NCBI RefSeq assembly: GCF_963921235.1
Contig: NC_086097.1
Location: forward strand, 139,688,001-139,752,000
DNA length: 64,000 nucleotides
From: Mobula hypostoma
Taxonomy: Eukaryota
Direction of reading: 5' to 3'
Shown: piece by piece, positions 37,051 to 51,467 of the stretch
How the letters are laid out: each line of letters begins with the position of its first letter
Numbering within the stretch: position 1 is the first letter of the stretch
Notes under the pieces: model-generated
Seen by the model: only the letters and a program-made list of their open reading frames with translations
What the model was told of the DNA's origin: nothing
Database searches by the model: none
Position numbers and translations under genes: made by a program

Positions 37051-39359
37051 CCTCGACTACATGCTTAACTTGCCTTAGATAATTCTCTTTCAAGTATGGT
37101 TTGCTGATTTCAAAGTCACACTTATGATTCATTGCCCAGATGTTGAACGTGTGCATCCCAAGCTCATCACACCTGGCAGAGGAGAGAGAGCTACTAATGA
37201 AACTACTGTTGATGGACTTCAATAAAAATAACTAATAAGGAAAGTGGAAATCAGCAATAGTAACTCATGGCTACAGTTCAGATGGATATAAATCTTTATG
37301 ACTGGAGAAGCAGGACTGAAATTCATTTGAAAATGTAATAAAATGATCAAGGATTTGAATAGACTGGGCCAGATGGTGACATATTCCTGTTTCCAATATG
37401 TCTAGGAATGATGATTGAGAAGCCTAAGGTTTGAGTTTGCAGCCACCCACTGATTTCACTTTGTCATCTGGAAATGATAACTTCTGTCGAGCAGTAGGGT
37501 CAAGAAGTTACGTTTCTCTGGTGCAGTGATATCTGGATGAAACTCCCAATACATCAGAACTTGGATCCTATGTGACACGTGGAAAGCAACAAGAACTATA
37601 TTTGTTTCTGCAAAGTTTCAAAGGCTGTGGATGACATGAACCATGGCTATTGGCTGGCAAAGATAAGGGTGTTTGTAAAGAGAAGAATCCATATATAGAG
37701 AAGCAAAAGTCAGGGAGAAAAGAAGAGGCTAAGGAGAGAGCCAAAAGTGAATATTGGAGCAGTGAAGGAGGGATTAAAATGAGATGAAAGGGCAGAGAGA
37801 TAAAGGAAGGAGAGCAATGGAGGGACTGTATGTTAGCACAGGTAAGGTTTCCTAAAAGAAGTTACAGGCAGAGAGTTCTTCTGAAATGGGAAGACAGCCA
37901 ACGTTAGAGAGGCTGCAGCCATAATCTGGAGGGGTGCTAGCTAGGTCATTACAGTGAGTTAGTCCAGTGCCAGTTGTACTAAACTTCAAGGGAGTTTAGT
38001 CAGCTGGCAGGATGAAAGGTCAAAGCTGCTTCTTACTGAACTATAAAACCTTCACTTTCAGAGTTTTCCTGTTAGATACAGAATGTAAATAAACTATCCA
38101 CAGAGCTAACTGGTTATGTATGATTGCACAGACCATTTGAAACTGTTTTGAGTTTAGTGGTTACACAACTAGAGGTCTACACTCAATAACTGGCCAGAGA
38201 AAACAAGCACTTCCATTTATCCAAAAGAAGGTTGGTGAAATATCTTGGACTGTGGTTCTGGAATGCATCATGCTCTGGCTGGTTTTCTGATAGGAAGGAA
38301 CTTATAGCACTAACGTCTGCAACACTAACTTGATTTATGCTCAGGTAACGATGATTAAATTAGATATTAGAATCAGGCTCTAATGTTGTAACAGTTGGAT
38401 CATTCAGTCATATCTCCCTGTTTAATAAGCAGAAACTGGGGTGACTATTATGAATACCAAAGCAGCCACACACAAACACTGGACAAGGCACAGATGGAAC
38501 TGTTATCTGAAGAGGCTTATTCTAAGCTGAAAGTTGCCCACACTGTAATAATTTGTGTAGTCATGATGCAGAAGTTGTAGCTTTAAGTTGGAAAGTTCCC
38601 AAAGCACGGGGCTGTAAATTAACCAACATGGCTACAGGAGTTCCTTTTTAAACTAATGACCTTGTTTTGATGGTTGTGCCTTTGAAGCAGAGGGCAGTCA
38701 TTAATACTGAGCAGAAGGGAAGTGGGTAAAGGGTTGGGGCGAACCCATCTCTGCCTTGTCCATTGGATACCATGACCTTCTTGCCCTCTCTAAAGGACCA
38801 AGAAGGCACCTCCAGTTCCACCCTTGGTCCACAGGTCCCAGGGGTTTGTGTTGATACAATCCCTGTCCTCAGTAAGAGGTAAAACATTGACATTCTGCCC
38901 AGCATAAACAGCAGGGCAGCTGGAGCACAGGATGAGTGACTTCTGTTAAAACCATAACCCTCCCATGGTCTACATAATGGAGTCACATCAGTACCCATCA
39001 ATCTAGATGGGTAAAAGGTAGAGATCTGCAGATATGCTCCATTTTACTTTCTCTGAAAAGGAGCCCAGATTATTCAAAGCTATTCTCTTTACCTAGCAAG
39101 GTCTGGTAACATGATGGTTAAATTACTCCGCAAACTTTCTGAAGACATTGTACCTGTGTCAGGAAATGAAATCCTACAAGGGCACAAGTAACCAAATAAT
39201 TAATATCACTAAAGATGATTATAGAAACACCAGATTGTTGTAAGCATGTGCTGGTGGTGAACCAGAGGACTGGGAAGATTTTGGAATTCAGCAACAGTGA
39301 ACTAAAAAAGTTCCAGGGAAAAAAATGAGAGAACATGCACGTTATCTAAAGCAAACTGT

Positions 39360-41915
39360 AAAAGTTCCAGTGGATATGTACCTATAAATAGGAAGAAGGT
39401 GGCTAAAGTAAATGTGGGGCCTTTAGAGAAGCAGGCTGGTGGATTAATAACAGCAAACAAATGGTAGCACACACAAAATGCTGGAGAGACTCAGCAGGTC
39501 AGGCAGCATCGAGGGAGAGAGAGAAAACAGCAGATATCGGGACCGGAGAAGGAGGGGGAAGAAGTCAGTGTAAGAACGTAGGGGGAGAGGGAGGAGTGTA
39601 AGCTGACAGGTGATGGATGAAGCCTGGTGAGGGGAAAGGTGGATGGGTGGGTGGGGAAGGAGTGATGAAATAAAAAGATGGGAGCTGAATGGTGGAAAAG
39701 GTAACGGGCTGACAAAGAAGGAATCTGATAGGAGGGGATAGTGAATCACGGGAGAAGGGGAAGGAAGAGGCGTGCCAGAGGAAGGTGATGGGAGGGTGAG
39801 GAGAGATTAAGGGGGAGCCAGAATGGGGATAGAAAAAGAGGGAAAGGAGGAGGGAGAGAATTTCCATATGTTGGAGAAATTGTTGTTCATGCCATCAAGC
39901 TGAAGACTAAAACTACCAAGATGGAATATGAGGTGTTGCTCCTCCAACCAGAGAGTGGTCTCGTCAGGACCGTAAAGGAGGCCAGGGGCCAACGTATCGG
40001 AATGTGAATGGGAAGCCGAATTGAAATGGGTGACCATTGGGAAATCCCACCTTTTGTGGCAGCCGGAGTGAAGATGCACAATGAAGCGATCCCCCCAATC
40101 TATGCCAGGTCTCATCGACGTAGAGGAGGCTACACCGGGAGCACTGGAAACACACGGCAGATGCATTGAATAAATTCTCTGCATCGGGCTTCACCGAGGA
40201 AGATGCTGTTGATATCCTTAGGGTACCAGGCAGGCTAATTTTGAAATAACCACTTTGCAGGAATAAAATATTGGAGGACCTCAAGGGGTAAGGGTGGACC
40301 CGATGAGCTGTACATTAGCATTTTATAGAAAGTGGCTACAGTGATAGTGGATCTATTGTTTGAAAATTTTCACAACTTACTAAACTCAGACAGGATACCA
40401 AAAGATTGGACAGTGACCCCTTGTTTAAAAATCTAGAAAGCAAGGAACCATGGGTCAATAAGTTTAATGGTTATTATTTGCTAGAGAGGAAATAACAATC
40501 TAGGAAAGTTAAATGTATTTAAAACTCATCAACATCATTTAATGAAGGGGAAATAATGTTTGACAAATTTGCTTGAATTCATTGACAATGTGGCATGGAG
40601 AGTTTTTAGAGGGGTACCTGTAGATGTCATACATTTAGATTTCCAAAAGGCATTTGACAAAGTGCCACATAACAGACTGGTACATCCATTAAAAGCCCAT
40701 GGTATCGGAGATGTGGCTGTCTCACAGAGTTGGAATAAATGGGTCCTTTTCATTCTGGAAGGAGATGACTAGTGGAGTGGCCCAAGAATTGGTTGTTGGC
40801 CTGCAGATGTTCACTGAATACATCAATAACTTGAAGGAAAAGGAACAAATTTGTCAATTCATGAAAATATGTGAAGGGGCATGTAGCAGATTGATATAGA
40901 TTGAGTAAGTGGGTAAAAGACAGGCAAAGGGAATTGAATGTGGGGTAGTATGAGGAACGTAAAGGTTATTATCTAAACAGAGAGACTGAGTGAAGTTCAG
41001 AGGATCTAGATGTTCTATTGCATGAATCATAAAAAGATAGCACGCAGATCCAACAAGAAGTAATGAAGGCAAATGGCATTTTGGCCCTTTGCAAAGGGGT
41101 ATGATTTGAAGAACAGACAGGCTTTGTTGTAATTGTACAGGGTGCTGGTGAGGCCTCATCTTCAATACTGGGTATGGTTTGGTCCCTCTACCCAAAACAA
41201 AGCACTTGGTAATATCGGAGGCAGTCCATAGGAGGTTCGCCAGGCTAATTCCTGGGATGAGAGGGTTGCCCTAACAAGTAAGACAAAATAGTTTGGGTCT
41301 GCTTTCATTGGAGTTTAGAAAAGTGAAGGATGACCTTATTCAAACATGAAAATTCTGAGGGGAATTGACAAGGGAAGATGTTGGGATCTTTTCACTAGAG
41401 CGAGAGTCTTAAACAAGAGGACAACAAGATAAGGGACTGATCACTTAAAATGAGGTAGTTCTACATTTCTTCAGGCAGAAGGTGCTGAATCTTCAGAATT
41501 CTCTGCCCTCACAGATGGTAGAAGCTGGATCATCAAAAGTGGAGGAGGATAATTATTTGATAGATTGAAGAATACAGAGATGGTGAACTGGCACTGAAGA
41601 GGAGTTGAGACCAGTGTAGATCAGCCATGCTCATATTGAATGGCGGGGCAGGTTTGAGGACCAAGTAGGTACAGAGGAGATGTCAGGGGTAAATTTTTTA
41701 CACAGGGAGTGGTGAGTGCGTGGAATGGGCTGCAAGCGGTGGTGGTGGAGATCAATACAATAGGGTCTTTTAAGAGATTCTTGGATAGGCACATGGAGCT
41801 TAGAAAAATAGAGGGCTATGGGTAACCCTAGGTAATTTCTAAAGTAAGTACACCTTCGGCACAGCATTGTGGGCTGAAGGGCCTGTATTATGCTGTAGGT
41901 TTTCTATGTTTCTAT
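39360..41915 (+). mobile_element. Old CR1 LINE fragments, plus a younger CR1 3' end at about 41665-41915
   Basis: TNLLEF...[15 protein letters not shown] (40560-40772). The 41665-41915 segment closely resembles 14830-15072. Confidence 0.75.
39468..40152 (-). mobile_element. Penelope-like element 3' fragment (GIY-YIG remnant plus pseudo-LTR)
   Basis: CSRCSLLYVDET..RLG and HFNSASHSHSD..GLLY...LEEQHLIFHLGS. Confidence 0.8.
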
Positions 41916-42444
41916 GGTCTACTCCTGCTCTTACTTTCCTGTGTTCTCGGTCAGGGGAGGAAAGTCCTGGTTTATGTGAACTTGGACTTCCCAATATAGT
42001 TGACACCTCAGTTTGGGTGATTGGAGATGGACAATGAGTGCTCACAACACCAATGGTTAAATAATCTGTGAACTATTAAAGAGCTTATTGTGTCACAATG
42101 TGTCAATTTCTCAATAAATGCACAAACCTTTGGTTTACACGTTAGCCCAAAGGGTATTACCTCAGCGACAATCATGTGATTTATAAAATGCAGAGAGCAA
42201 GTCATTAATCTGACAGCAAGATGACAGAATTAAATGTAAGTTATCAACAGTTAGACATCTCCATCTGATGCTTCCTAAGGACAGGGGAACTACAGCAGTT
42301 TGTACAGGGGCTTCCTCTGTAATCTGATACATGCGTTCGACCCAAGATGTTGACAATGTCTTTCTCCCCACAGATGCTGTTTAACCAGCTGAGTTCCTCC
42401 AGCAGATTGTTTGTTATTCCAGAGCCTCCCTTGCCTGATTGCAT

Positions 42445-42640
42445 GCCAGGGACGCTCAGCTCAGTCTTAAATCCCACTTTCTGGACTGAAGGAACTCACC
42501 GAGGAGGTGCTGAAGGAGTGTGGCCCGTCTGTGGTGCCATTCTTCGGGTGAGATATTAACCCAAGCTCAACGTGAAGATGCTAGATCCCACGGCTACGAC
42601 CAGAAACCGGGGCAGTGCTCATCGTGTACTGGCCAATGTC
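42445..42640 (+). mobile_element. Ancient Deu-domain SINE remnant (AmnSINE/SacSINE-like)
   Basis: GGTGCCATTCTTCGGGTGAGATATTAACC...AGATCCCACGGC...TGTACTGGCCAAT resembles the Deu core as I recall it. Confidence 0.5.
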
Positions 42641-42649
42641 CAAAGAAAA

Positions 42650-43495
42650 TTTTATCTAAATACATACATGTCACCATATATAACCCTGAGTTTCATTTTC
42701 ATGTGGGTGTACTCAGTAAATCTACAGAATAATAACCATAACAGAATCAATGAAAGATTGCCCAACTAGGGTGTTCAACTCGGGTGCAGAAGACAGTAAA
42801 CTGTTCAAATACAGAATGAAGTAATAATAATAATAAATAAATAAGCAATAAATATCAAAAATGACATGAGGAGTCCTTGACTGTGGGTCCACTGGTTGTG
42901 GGAACATTTCAATGATGGGGCATGTGAAGTTATTCCCTTTGGTTCAGCAGCCTGATGGTTGAGGGGTAGTAACTATTCTTGAACCTGGTGGTCCTGAGGC
43001 TCTTGTACCTTTTTCCTGATGGCAGCAGTGAGAAGAAAGTAAGGGAATCCCTGATGATTAATGCTACTTTCCTGCAACAGCATTTCATGTAGATATGATC
43101 AATGGTTGGGAGGGCTTTACCTGTGATGGACTGGGCTATCCGATTATAGGATTTTCCATTCAAGGGCATTAGTGCTTCTATAGCAGGCTGTGATGCAGCC
43201 AGTCAATATACTTTCCACTACACATTTATAGAAGTTTGTCCAAGTTTTAGATGTCGTGCTGAATCTCTGCAAACTCCTAAAGAAGCAGAGGTCCTGCCTC
43301 ACTTTCTTTGTGATTGCATTTACAGGCCAGGACAAGTCCTCTGAAATAATAACACCCAGGAAATTAAAGTTGCTAACTCTCTCCACTTCTGAACCTCCGA
43401 TGAGAACTGGCTCATGGACCTCTGGTTTCCTTCTCCTCAAGTCTATAACCTGCTCCTTGGTCTTGCTGACATTGAGTAAGAGATTGCTGTTGTAA
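42650..43495 (-). mobile_element. Rex1/Babar LINE 3' fragment
   Basis: LNVSKTKE.VID.RR...FLGV.ISEDLSW...VESILTGCITA; FSLLPSGKRY. Confidence 0.8.
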
Positions 43496-46400
43496 AGCCA
43501 TAAGACCATAAGATACAGGAGCAGAATTGGGCCATTTGGCTCATCGACTCTGCAACACCAGTTCCTCATGGCTGATCCAATTTTCCTCTCAGCCCAATCT
43601 CCTGCCTCCCCCCTCCCACCCCGTATCCCCTCATGCCTTGTCCAATCAAGAATTTATCAACATCTGCCTTAAATATACATAAAGAGTTGGCTTCCACAGC
43701 CGCCTGTGACAACGAATTCCTGATATACCACTCTCTGGCTAAAGAAATTCCTCCTTATCTTCATTCTAAAAGGACGCCCCTCTCTTCTGAGGTCATGTTC
43801 TCTGGTCTTAGACTCTCTGAGGTCATGTTCTCTGGTCTTAGACTCTCCCACCATAGGAAACACCCTCTCCACATCCACTCTACCAAAGCCTTCCACCATT
43901 TGATAGGTTTCAGTTAGGGTCACCCCTTATTCTTCAAAATTCTAGGGAATACAGGTCCAGAGCCATCAAACACTCTTCATATGACAAGCTATTCAATCCT
44001 GGAATCCTTTTCCTGAACCTCCTTTCAACCCTCTCCAGCTTCAGAATATCCCTTCTATGATAAGGGGCCAAAAACTACTCACAATACTCCAAGTGAGGAG
44101 TGCTTTATTAAGTCTCAATATTACATCCTTGCTTTTATATTCTAGTCCTCTTGAAATTAATGCTAACATTGCATTTGCCTTCCTCACCACAGACTCAACC
44201 TGCAAATTAGACTTTAGGGAATCTTGCACAAGAACTCTAAAGTCCCTTTTTGCCTCAGTTTTATAGACTTTCTCTCCATTTAGAAAATAGTCAACCTTTT
44301 CATTTCTACTACCAACGTGTATGACCATACACTTCCCAACACTGTATTCCATCTGCCATTTCTTTGCCCGTTCTCCTAATCTGTCTGTCCTTCTGTAGCC
44401 TCTCTTCTTCCTCAAAGCTATCTGCCCCTCCACCTACCTTCATATTGTCTGCAAACTTTGCAACAAAGCCATCAATTCCATCATCCAAATCATTGATATC
44501 TAACGTAAAAAGAATCAGTCTCAACACAGACCCCTGTGGAGCATCACTAGTCACCGGCAGCCAACCGAAAAAAGCTCCCTTTTTTCCCCACTCTTTATCT
44601 CCTGCCAGTCAGCCACTGCTTTATCTATGCTGGAATCATTCCAAACTACCATGGGCTCATTGCTTATTAGGCAGCCTCATGTGTGACGCCTTGTCAAAGA
44701 CTTCCTGAAAATCCAAGTACCCAACATCAACTGATTCTCCTTTGTCTATCCTGCTTGTTATTTCCTTAAAGTATTCCAACACATTTGTCAGGCAAGATTT
44801 TCCCATGTTGACTATGGCCTATTTCATAATGTGCCTCCAAGTACCCCAAAACCACATCCTTCTCAATTGAATCCAACATTTTCCCAGCCAATGAGGTCAG
44901 ACTTACTCGTCTATAGTTTCCTTTCTTCTGCCTCACTCCCTTCTTGAAGAATAGAGTGACATTTGAAATTTTCCATTCTTCCAGAATCGTTCCAGAATCT
45001 AGTGATTCTTGAAAGATCATTACTAATTCCTCCAAAATCTCTTCAGCCATGTCTTTCGAAACCTTGGGATGTACACGATCTGGTCCAGGTGACTTATTTA
45101 CCTTTAGACCTTTCAGTTTCCCAAGAACCTTCTCTCTAGTTATGGTAACTTTGCAAACTTCATGACCCCTGACACCTGGAATGTAAACCATACTGCTAGT
45201 GTCTTCCACAGTGAAGACTGGTGTAAAATACTTATTCACTTCATCCACCATTTTGTTGTCCCCCATTACTAGCTCTCCAGCATTATTTTCCAGCAGTCCT
45301 ATATACACTCTTGCCTCTCTTTCACACTTTATATATAGGAAGAAACTTTTGGTATCCTCTTTAATATTATTGGCTAGCTTACTTTCATATTCTATCTTTA
45401 CCTTCATAATGACTTTTTAGTTGCCTTCTGTTGGTTTTTAAAAGCTTTCCAGTCCTCTAGCTAACCAGTAATTTTGCTCTATTATATGCCATCTCCTTAG
45501 CTTTTAAGTTGGCTTTGATTTATCTTGTTAGCCATGGTTTCATTATCTTTCCTTCAGAATACTTCTTCCTCATTGGGATGTATATACCCTGTGCTTTCTG
45601 AATTGTTTCCAGAAATTATAGGCATTGCTGCTCTGCCATCATCCCTGCCAGTGTTCTTTTCCAATCAATTCTGGCCAACTCTGGTTCATTGAACAACACC
45701 CTATCCAGAATAACGGATCCTCTAGTGGCCTCAACCACGAGCTGCTCTAAAAAACCATCTTGTAGGCACTCCAGAAACTCCCCCTCCTGGAATCCAGCAC
45801 CAACGTGATTTTCCCAATCTACCTTCATATTGAAATCCCCCATGACTACTGTAACATTGCCCTTTGGCCTGCATGTTCTAGCTCCCGTTGTAATTTATAG
45901 GCCATATCCTTACTACTATTTGGAGATCTCACATCAACTCCCATTAGGGTTGTTTTACCCTCGCAGTTCCTTAACTATAAGCACAATGATTCAACACCTT
46001 CCAACACTATGTTACCTCTTTCTAACAATTTGATTTCATTTTTTACCAACAGAACATCACCGCGCCCCCCCCCCCCCCCCCCCCCCCGCCGCCTTCCTGC
46101 CTGTCCTTTTAATACAATGTGTATCCTTGGACATTAAGCTCCCAGCTATAACCTTCTTTCAGCCATGATTCAGTGATGCCAATAACGTTATGCCTGCCAA
46201 TCTGTAACTGTGCTACAAATTCATCTACAAATTCCGTATACAGCGCGCATTCAAATATAACACCTTTAGTCCTAAATTCACCCTCCTCAATTTTGTCCAA
46301 ATTTAACATTTGAACTCCTCCTGTTGACTGAAAATTTGCCCTATCAACAGCCTCTCCTCACTACACGTTGCCTCTGTTTGTAAATCCGCTACCTCTTCAG

Positions 46401-46572
46401 CACTATCACCCGCCTTTCCTACGATACCTCTGGCATTGAAATGTAGGCAGCTCAGGATGCAACTTGCACCATGCTGAACCTTTTGATTCCTGGCTTTGTC
46501 TGAGGTCTCACCAATATCTCCCTCCACGACCTGTCTGATAACTGTGGTTCCCATCCCCCTGCAACTCTAGTT
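43496..46572 (-). mobile_element. Degenerate CR1 ORF2
   Basis: IGITESWL, MGDFN, KSPGPDRVHPKV, NYRRVSLTS, PQGSVL and KFADNMK in broken frames. Contains a poly-C tract at about 46065-46090. Confidence 0.88.
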
Positions 46573-47224
46573 ATGACACCACGCAGCCAGGTTTTCAATG
46601 CCCCTTTTGCGTGCTGATTCATCACCACCTTTGATATGGCCTATGACAGTGCTGTCATCAGCAAACGTGAATACAGCATTGGAGCTGTGCTTAGACACCC
46701 AGTCATAAGTTGTCAATGTCAGTCTTCAGGCTGTTACCTGAAGCCCAAACGGGTTAAGCCATACAGCTGATGATGGGATTTTTCTCGAGCCACGATCAGT
46801 TGCTAGTCAGCGGTGACAGGTTACTCATGATGTGCTGGTGGAGTGGGCAGGACACAGCAGCTCCTGCCTGAAATCGCTGCACCAATCCGTGTGGCCTCCC
46901 GGTTCTCTTCAGGCAGGCAGCAACAGCTCGTGGTTAAAGGGTGGAACAAAGGCCATTTGTTTCAGTGTATGTGCGGACATGCTGAGTGATTTACTGGGCT
47001 CCTGGCCTGAGTCTATAGTTAGGATGACTGCAGTCGATAAAGGAAGATTTGGAGATGTCTGTGGTTTTGCCTGAAAGATTGAGCAGAAGGTAACAGTTTG
47101 CCAGAACCTGGACTCCCATCATGTGGCTCAGGGCTATTACAGCCCAGTAAATACACTGAGACACTACCCCTGACACAATGCACATAACACAGGGCTCCTG
47201 AAACCCCTTTCCTGATATCTTGCA

Positions 47225-49272
47225 TCTGATACGCTGTCCCTGATACACCATCACTGATACACTGACCCTTTTACACTGACCCTACTACACTGACCCTGAT
47301 ACACTGTCTCTGATACACTGTCACTAATACACCATTCCTGATACACTGTCGCTGATACATTGTCCCTGTTACACTGATCGCCTTACACTGACCCTGATAC
47401 ACTGTCCCTGATACACTGACCCTGATGTACTGTCACTGATACACTGACCCTGATACACTGAATCTGATACACTGTCCCTGATACACTGACCCTGATATAC
47501 TGTCCCTGATACACTGTCCCAGATACACTGACCCTGATACACTCTGCCTGATACACTGCCCCGATACACTGTCCCTGATACGCTGACCCTGATACACTGA
47601 CCCTGATACACTGCCCCTGATACACTGTCCCTGATACGCTGACCCTGATACACTGACCCTGATACACTGACTCTGATACACTGTCCCTGATGCACTGTCT
47701 CTGATACACTGACCCTTTTACATTGATCCTATTACACTGACCCTGATATACTGTCCCTGATACACTGTCCCTGATACACTGACCCTGATACACTGTCCCT
47801 GATACACTATCCCTGATACACTGACCCTGATATACTGACCCTGATACACTGACCCCCAATACACTCTCCCTGATACACTGACCCTGATGTACTGTCCCTG
47901 ATGTACTGTTCCTGATACACTGACCCTGATACACTGATGCTGATACACTCTCCCTGATACACCATTCCTGTAACACTGTCCCTGTTACACTCCCCCTGAT
48001 ACATTGCCCCTGTTACACTGACCCTTATACTGTCCCTGATACACTGAACCTGACACATTGACCCTGTTATATTGATTGTGTTACACTGATCCTGATACCC
48101 TGCCCCTGTTACACTGACCCTGATACACTGTCCCTGATACACCATCCCTGATACACTGCCCCAGATACACTGACCCTGATGCTCTGACCCCAATACACTC
48201 TCCCTGATACACTGCCCCTGATACACTGTCGCTGATACATTGTCCCTGATACACTGACCCTGATGTACTGTCCCTGATGTACTGTTCCTGATACACTGAC
48301 CCTAATACACTGATGCTGATACACTCTCCCTGATACACCATTCCTGTAACACTGTCCCTGTTACACTCCCCCTGATACATTGCCCCTGTTACACTGACTC
48401 TTATACTGTCCCTGATACACTGAACCTGACACATTGACCCTGTTATACTGATTGTGTTACACTGATCCTGATACCCTGCCCCTGTTACACTGACCCTGAT
48501 ACACTGTCCCTGATACACCATCCCTGATACACTGCCCCAGATACACTGACCCTGATGCTCTGACCCCAATACACTCTCCCTGATACACTGCCCCTGATAC
48601 ACTGTCGCTGATACATTGTCCCTGATACACTGACCCTGATGTACTGTCCCTGATGTACTGTTCCTGATACACTGACCCTGATACACTGATGCTGATACAC
48701 TCTCCCTGATACACCATCCCTGTAACACTGTCCCTGTTACACTCCCCCGATACATTGCCCCTGTTACACTGACCCTTATACTGTCCCTGATACACTGAAC
48801 CTGACACATTGACCCTGTTATACTGATTGTGTTACACTGATCCTGATACCCTGCCCCTGTTACACTGACCCTGATACACTGTCCCTGATACACTGCCCCA
48901 GATACACTGACCCTGATGCTCTGACCCTGATGCTCTGACCCTGATACACTGTCCCTGATATACTGACCCTGATACACTGTCGCTGATACATTGCCCCTGA
49001 TACACTGACCCTGATGTACTGTCCCTGATGTACTGTTCCTGATACACTGACCCTGATACACTGACTCTGATACACTGACCCTGATACACTGACCCTGATA
49101 CACTGACTCTGATACACTGTCCCTGATATACTGTCCCTGTTACACTGTCCCTGTTACACTGTCCCTGATACATTGTCCCTGTTACACTGTCCCTTGATAC
49201 ATTGTCCCTGTTACACTGATCGTGTTAGACTGACGATGACTGATACAGATGCCTGATACACTATCTTTGATA
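47225..49272. repeat. 14-bp minisatellite (TGATACACTG[A/T]CCC)n with a 376-bp higher-order repeat
   Basis: About 2 kb of 14-mers. The variant CACTGAACCTGACACATTG recurs at about 48042, 48418 and 48794. Confidence 0.95.
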
Positions 49273-51467
49273 CAGTTCTGCTTGGATGTAGCTTACAGTG
49301 GGACCAAAAGACAGTGGAGATCAGCAGCTAACCACTCGGCCATCTCTTCCTGATCTGAAACCTCCATACCTTGAATACAGTGCTGTTTCTAATCATGCAA
49401 TTTGTCTGACCTTTCACAATATTTTCTGCTTGGCTTTGCTACTGCCAGAACAGGATGGAAGATGATTAAAAGGCCTTCTAGATGATGCATCATGTCACTT
49501 TGACCAGTTCTCTGTGGCCTCTCCGGTGCAGCCCTCACAGGGGATTAGAAGAATTTTATACTCACCAGGGTGAATCAGGAAACACGAGAGCCAGGGAGAA
49601 TGTTAAAAGGCCCATAATGAACTCAGAATACAGAGATGCTCTAATCTAATGAGGATAGATCCTTCGCCTTGCATACACAAGTAATCATTCATGGCAGCAA
49701 CATCAATCGGTTTTCATTTTGTTTTAAGGTCAGTAAGTAACTAACAAAAATTGATTAATGCTTAAGTGTTGCAAGTAGTATTTAATTTGTTGAGACATCT
49801 CGTAATATGGCCCAAAAATAGTACAATTCAGACAAAGGATAGCTTTAGTCCACCTTCCTATTCCAAACCCAAAGGAGAATGTTGTCTTTAGAGAACAAGA
49901 TGAGATTCTAGTGGCATCTTTCACCACCCTGAATATTCTGGCAAACAGCCCTGGGAAGGAACTCTGCCCTTTCATTGTCTCAGCAGAGGTCAGGCGCTTC
50001 ACCAGCCCTTGGTGTCAGATCGGGAGTAGAGGAATCATCTCTCTGGTACTGGGCAAAATCCAAACAGCACACTTATACAGAAGTTATTCAAGATAAAAAA
50101 GAGAACGGAGCTTCACAATATGTAAGGCCTGGCTCCAGTGTCTACTCTGGCTTTCGGAGCAGGAAACATACCTCTCAACATTTGCAAATGATACCATTCG
50201 GAGGGCAAAGGTGCATAGCTCGCCCAGGAAGAAACTAGAAAACATGTAAAAGGGTGGGCACGTAAATGGATAATTAAATAACAAATCACCTTTGATATTG
50301 ATAATTGAGGGGCGGGGGAAGACTTTAATAGGAAAATAATCTAAAAGAAACAACGGCAGGCAGGACCAAAGGGACTGGGGATATCATGAACCTGTTAGTG
50401 GCAGCAATGTTATGCCAATGTGATCCCGGCATAATTTCTGGAGGTAAACTATTTGAAACTGAACCTATGGTTGAGATCTCTGACTAATAGGCTGTCCAGG
50501 ATACAAAGTGCTTGCCTGCCTACAGTTTAAATAAAGCCTCAGAAACACTGAAGAAATATACTCTGCTGACTTTGAAATTGTTGGGAAAATGAAACTGAAA
50601 GAGTTTTATTGGAAATTGAAAAGGAGCCATAAAATATTCACCAACACTGACAGGGTAAATGCAATGAGGAAGAATATTCTCCCTAGGTGAGGAGGAATGG
50701 TCCATGTAACCTCAAGCCTGCCCACTGTTCAATGAGATTGATTCCATTGGTCTACCACTATCCTTGCTGTCCTAAATCCTAGTGACTGGACAACTGCAGC
50801 TTCCTGGGAGGGGTTGGGGTGGGGGAGAATTCTAACCTGCCGACCCCTTATCCCAAGGCCCAGTTCACAGTATCCATCTGCTCAACCCCCGCACCATCTC
50901 TGTTGTCCCTTTGAGAATGCATCGGGTGTTGAATAGTCTTACTACCTGCCCTCTCTCGACCGACTCAGTCAGCAAACCCAGGCTGCAGGGAGATCAGAAG
51001 GAGCGTGGTGCTGCACTGCGGACTGGCCAAAGCCCCGTCCAGTTCTCACTCTGATAACAGACCAACATCTCCACCCCGCCCCTTCCCAGTTGTTTGTTGA
51101 ATCTGTATGGGCACTCCCTGTACACTATGAACCCTAGGCCACCTTCCCTCCACCCATACACCAACGGTGTCTATTTTTTCCTTCATTAAACAAAGTTTCC
51201 CCACACGTGCTTGATACAAGGAGTGCCATTCTTGCCCATCTCTTCTTCTGCCCTGCGCCCCACTCCTCGGTTGGAAATGTGACAGTCTTTTCTCTGCTCA
51301 TTGACGTAGGGAGTGAAGAGCTGAGGCACATCTTTTCTGTGTACCACACTTTCCCCCCACCCCCCATAACATCTGGCCAAACAACCTCGGGAAGGAAATC
51401 TGCTACTCTCCCCACCCTGGATGATCCTTTTCCATGTCCATCACTGTACATCCAGTATAGTCTACTA

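Noticed and set aside
43786..43845. 30-bp tandem duplication (similar ones at about 14013-14071 and 52987-53045)
   Set aside because: Ordinary local slippage duplications.
47369..49173. Long ORFs (up to 340 aa) of VYQGQCIRVSVSG repeats
   Set aside because: Translation of a stop-poor 14-bp minisatellite in all three frames, with no splice or gene context.
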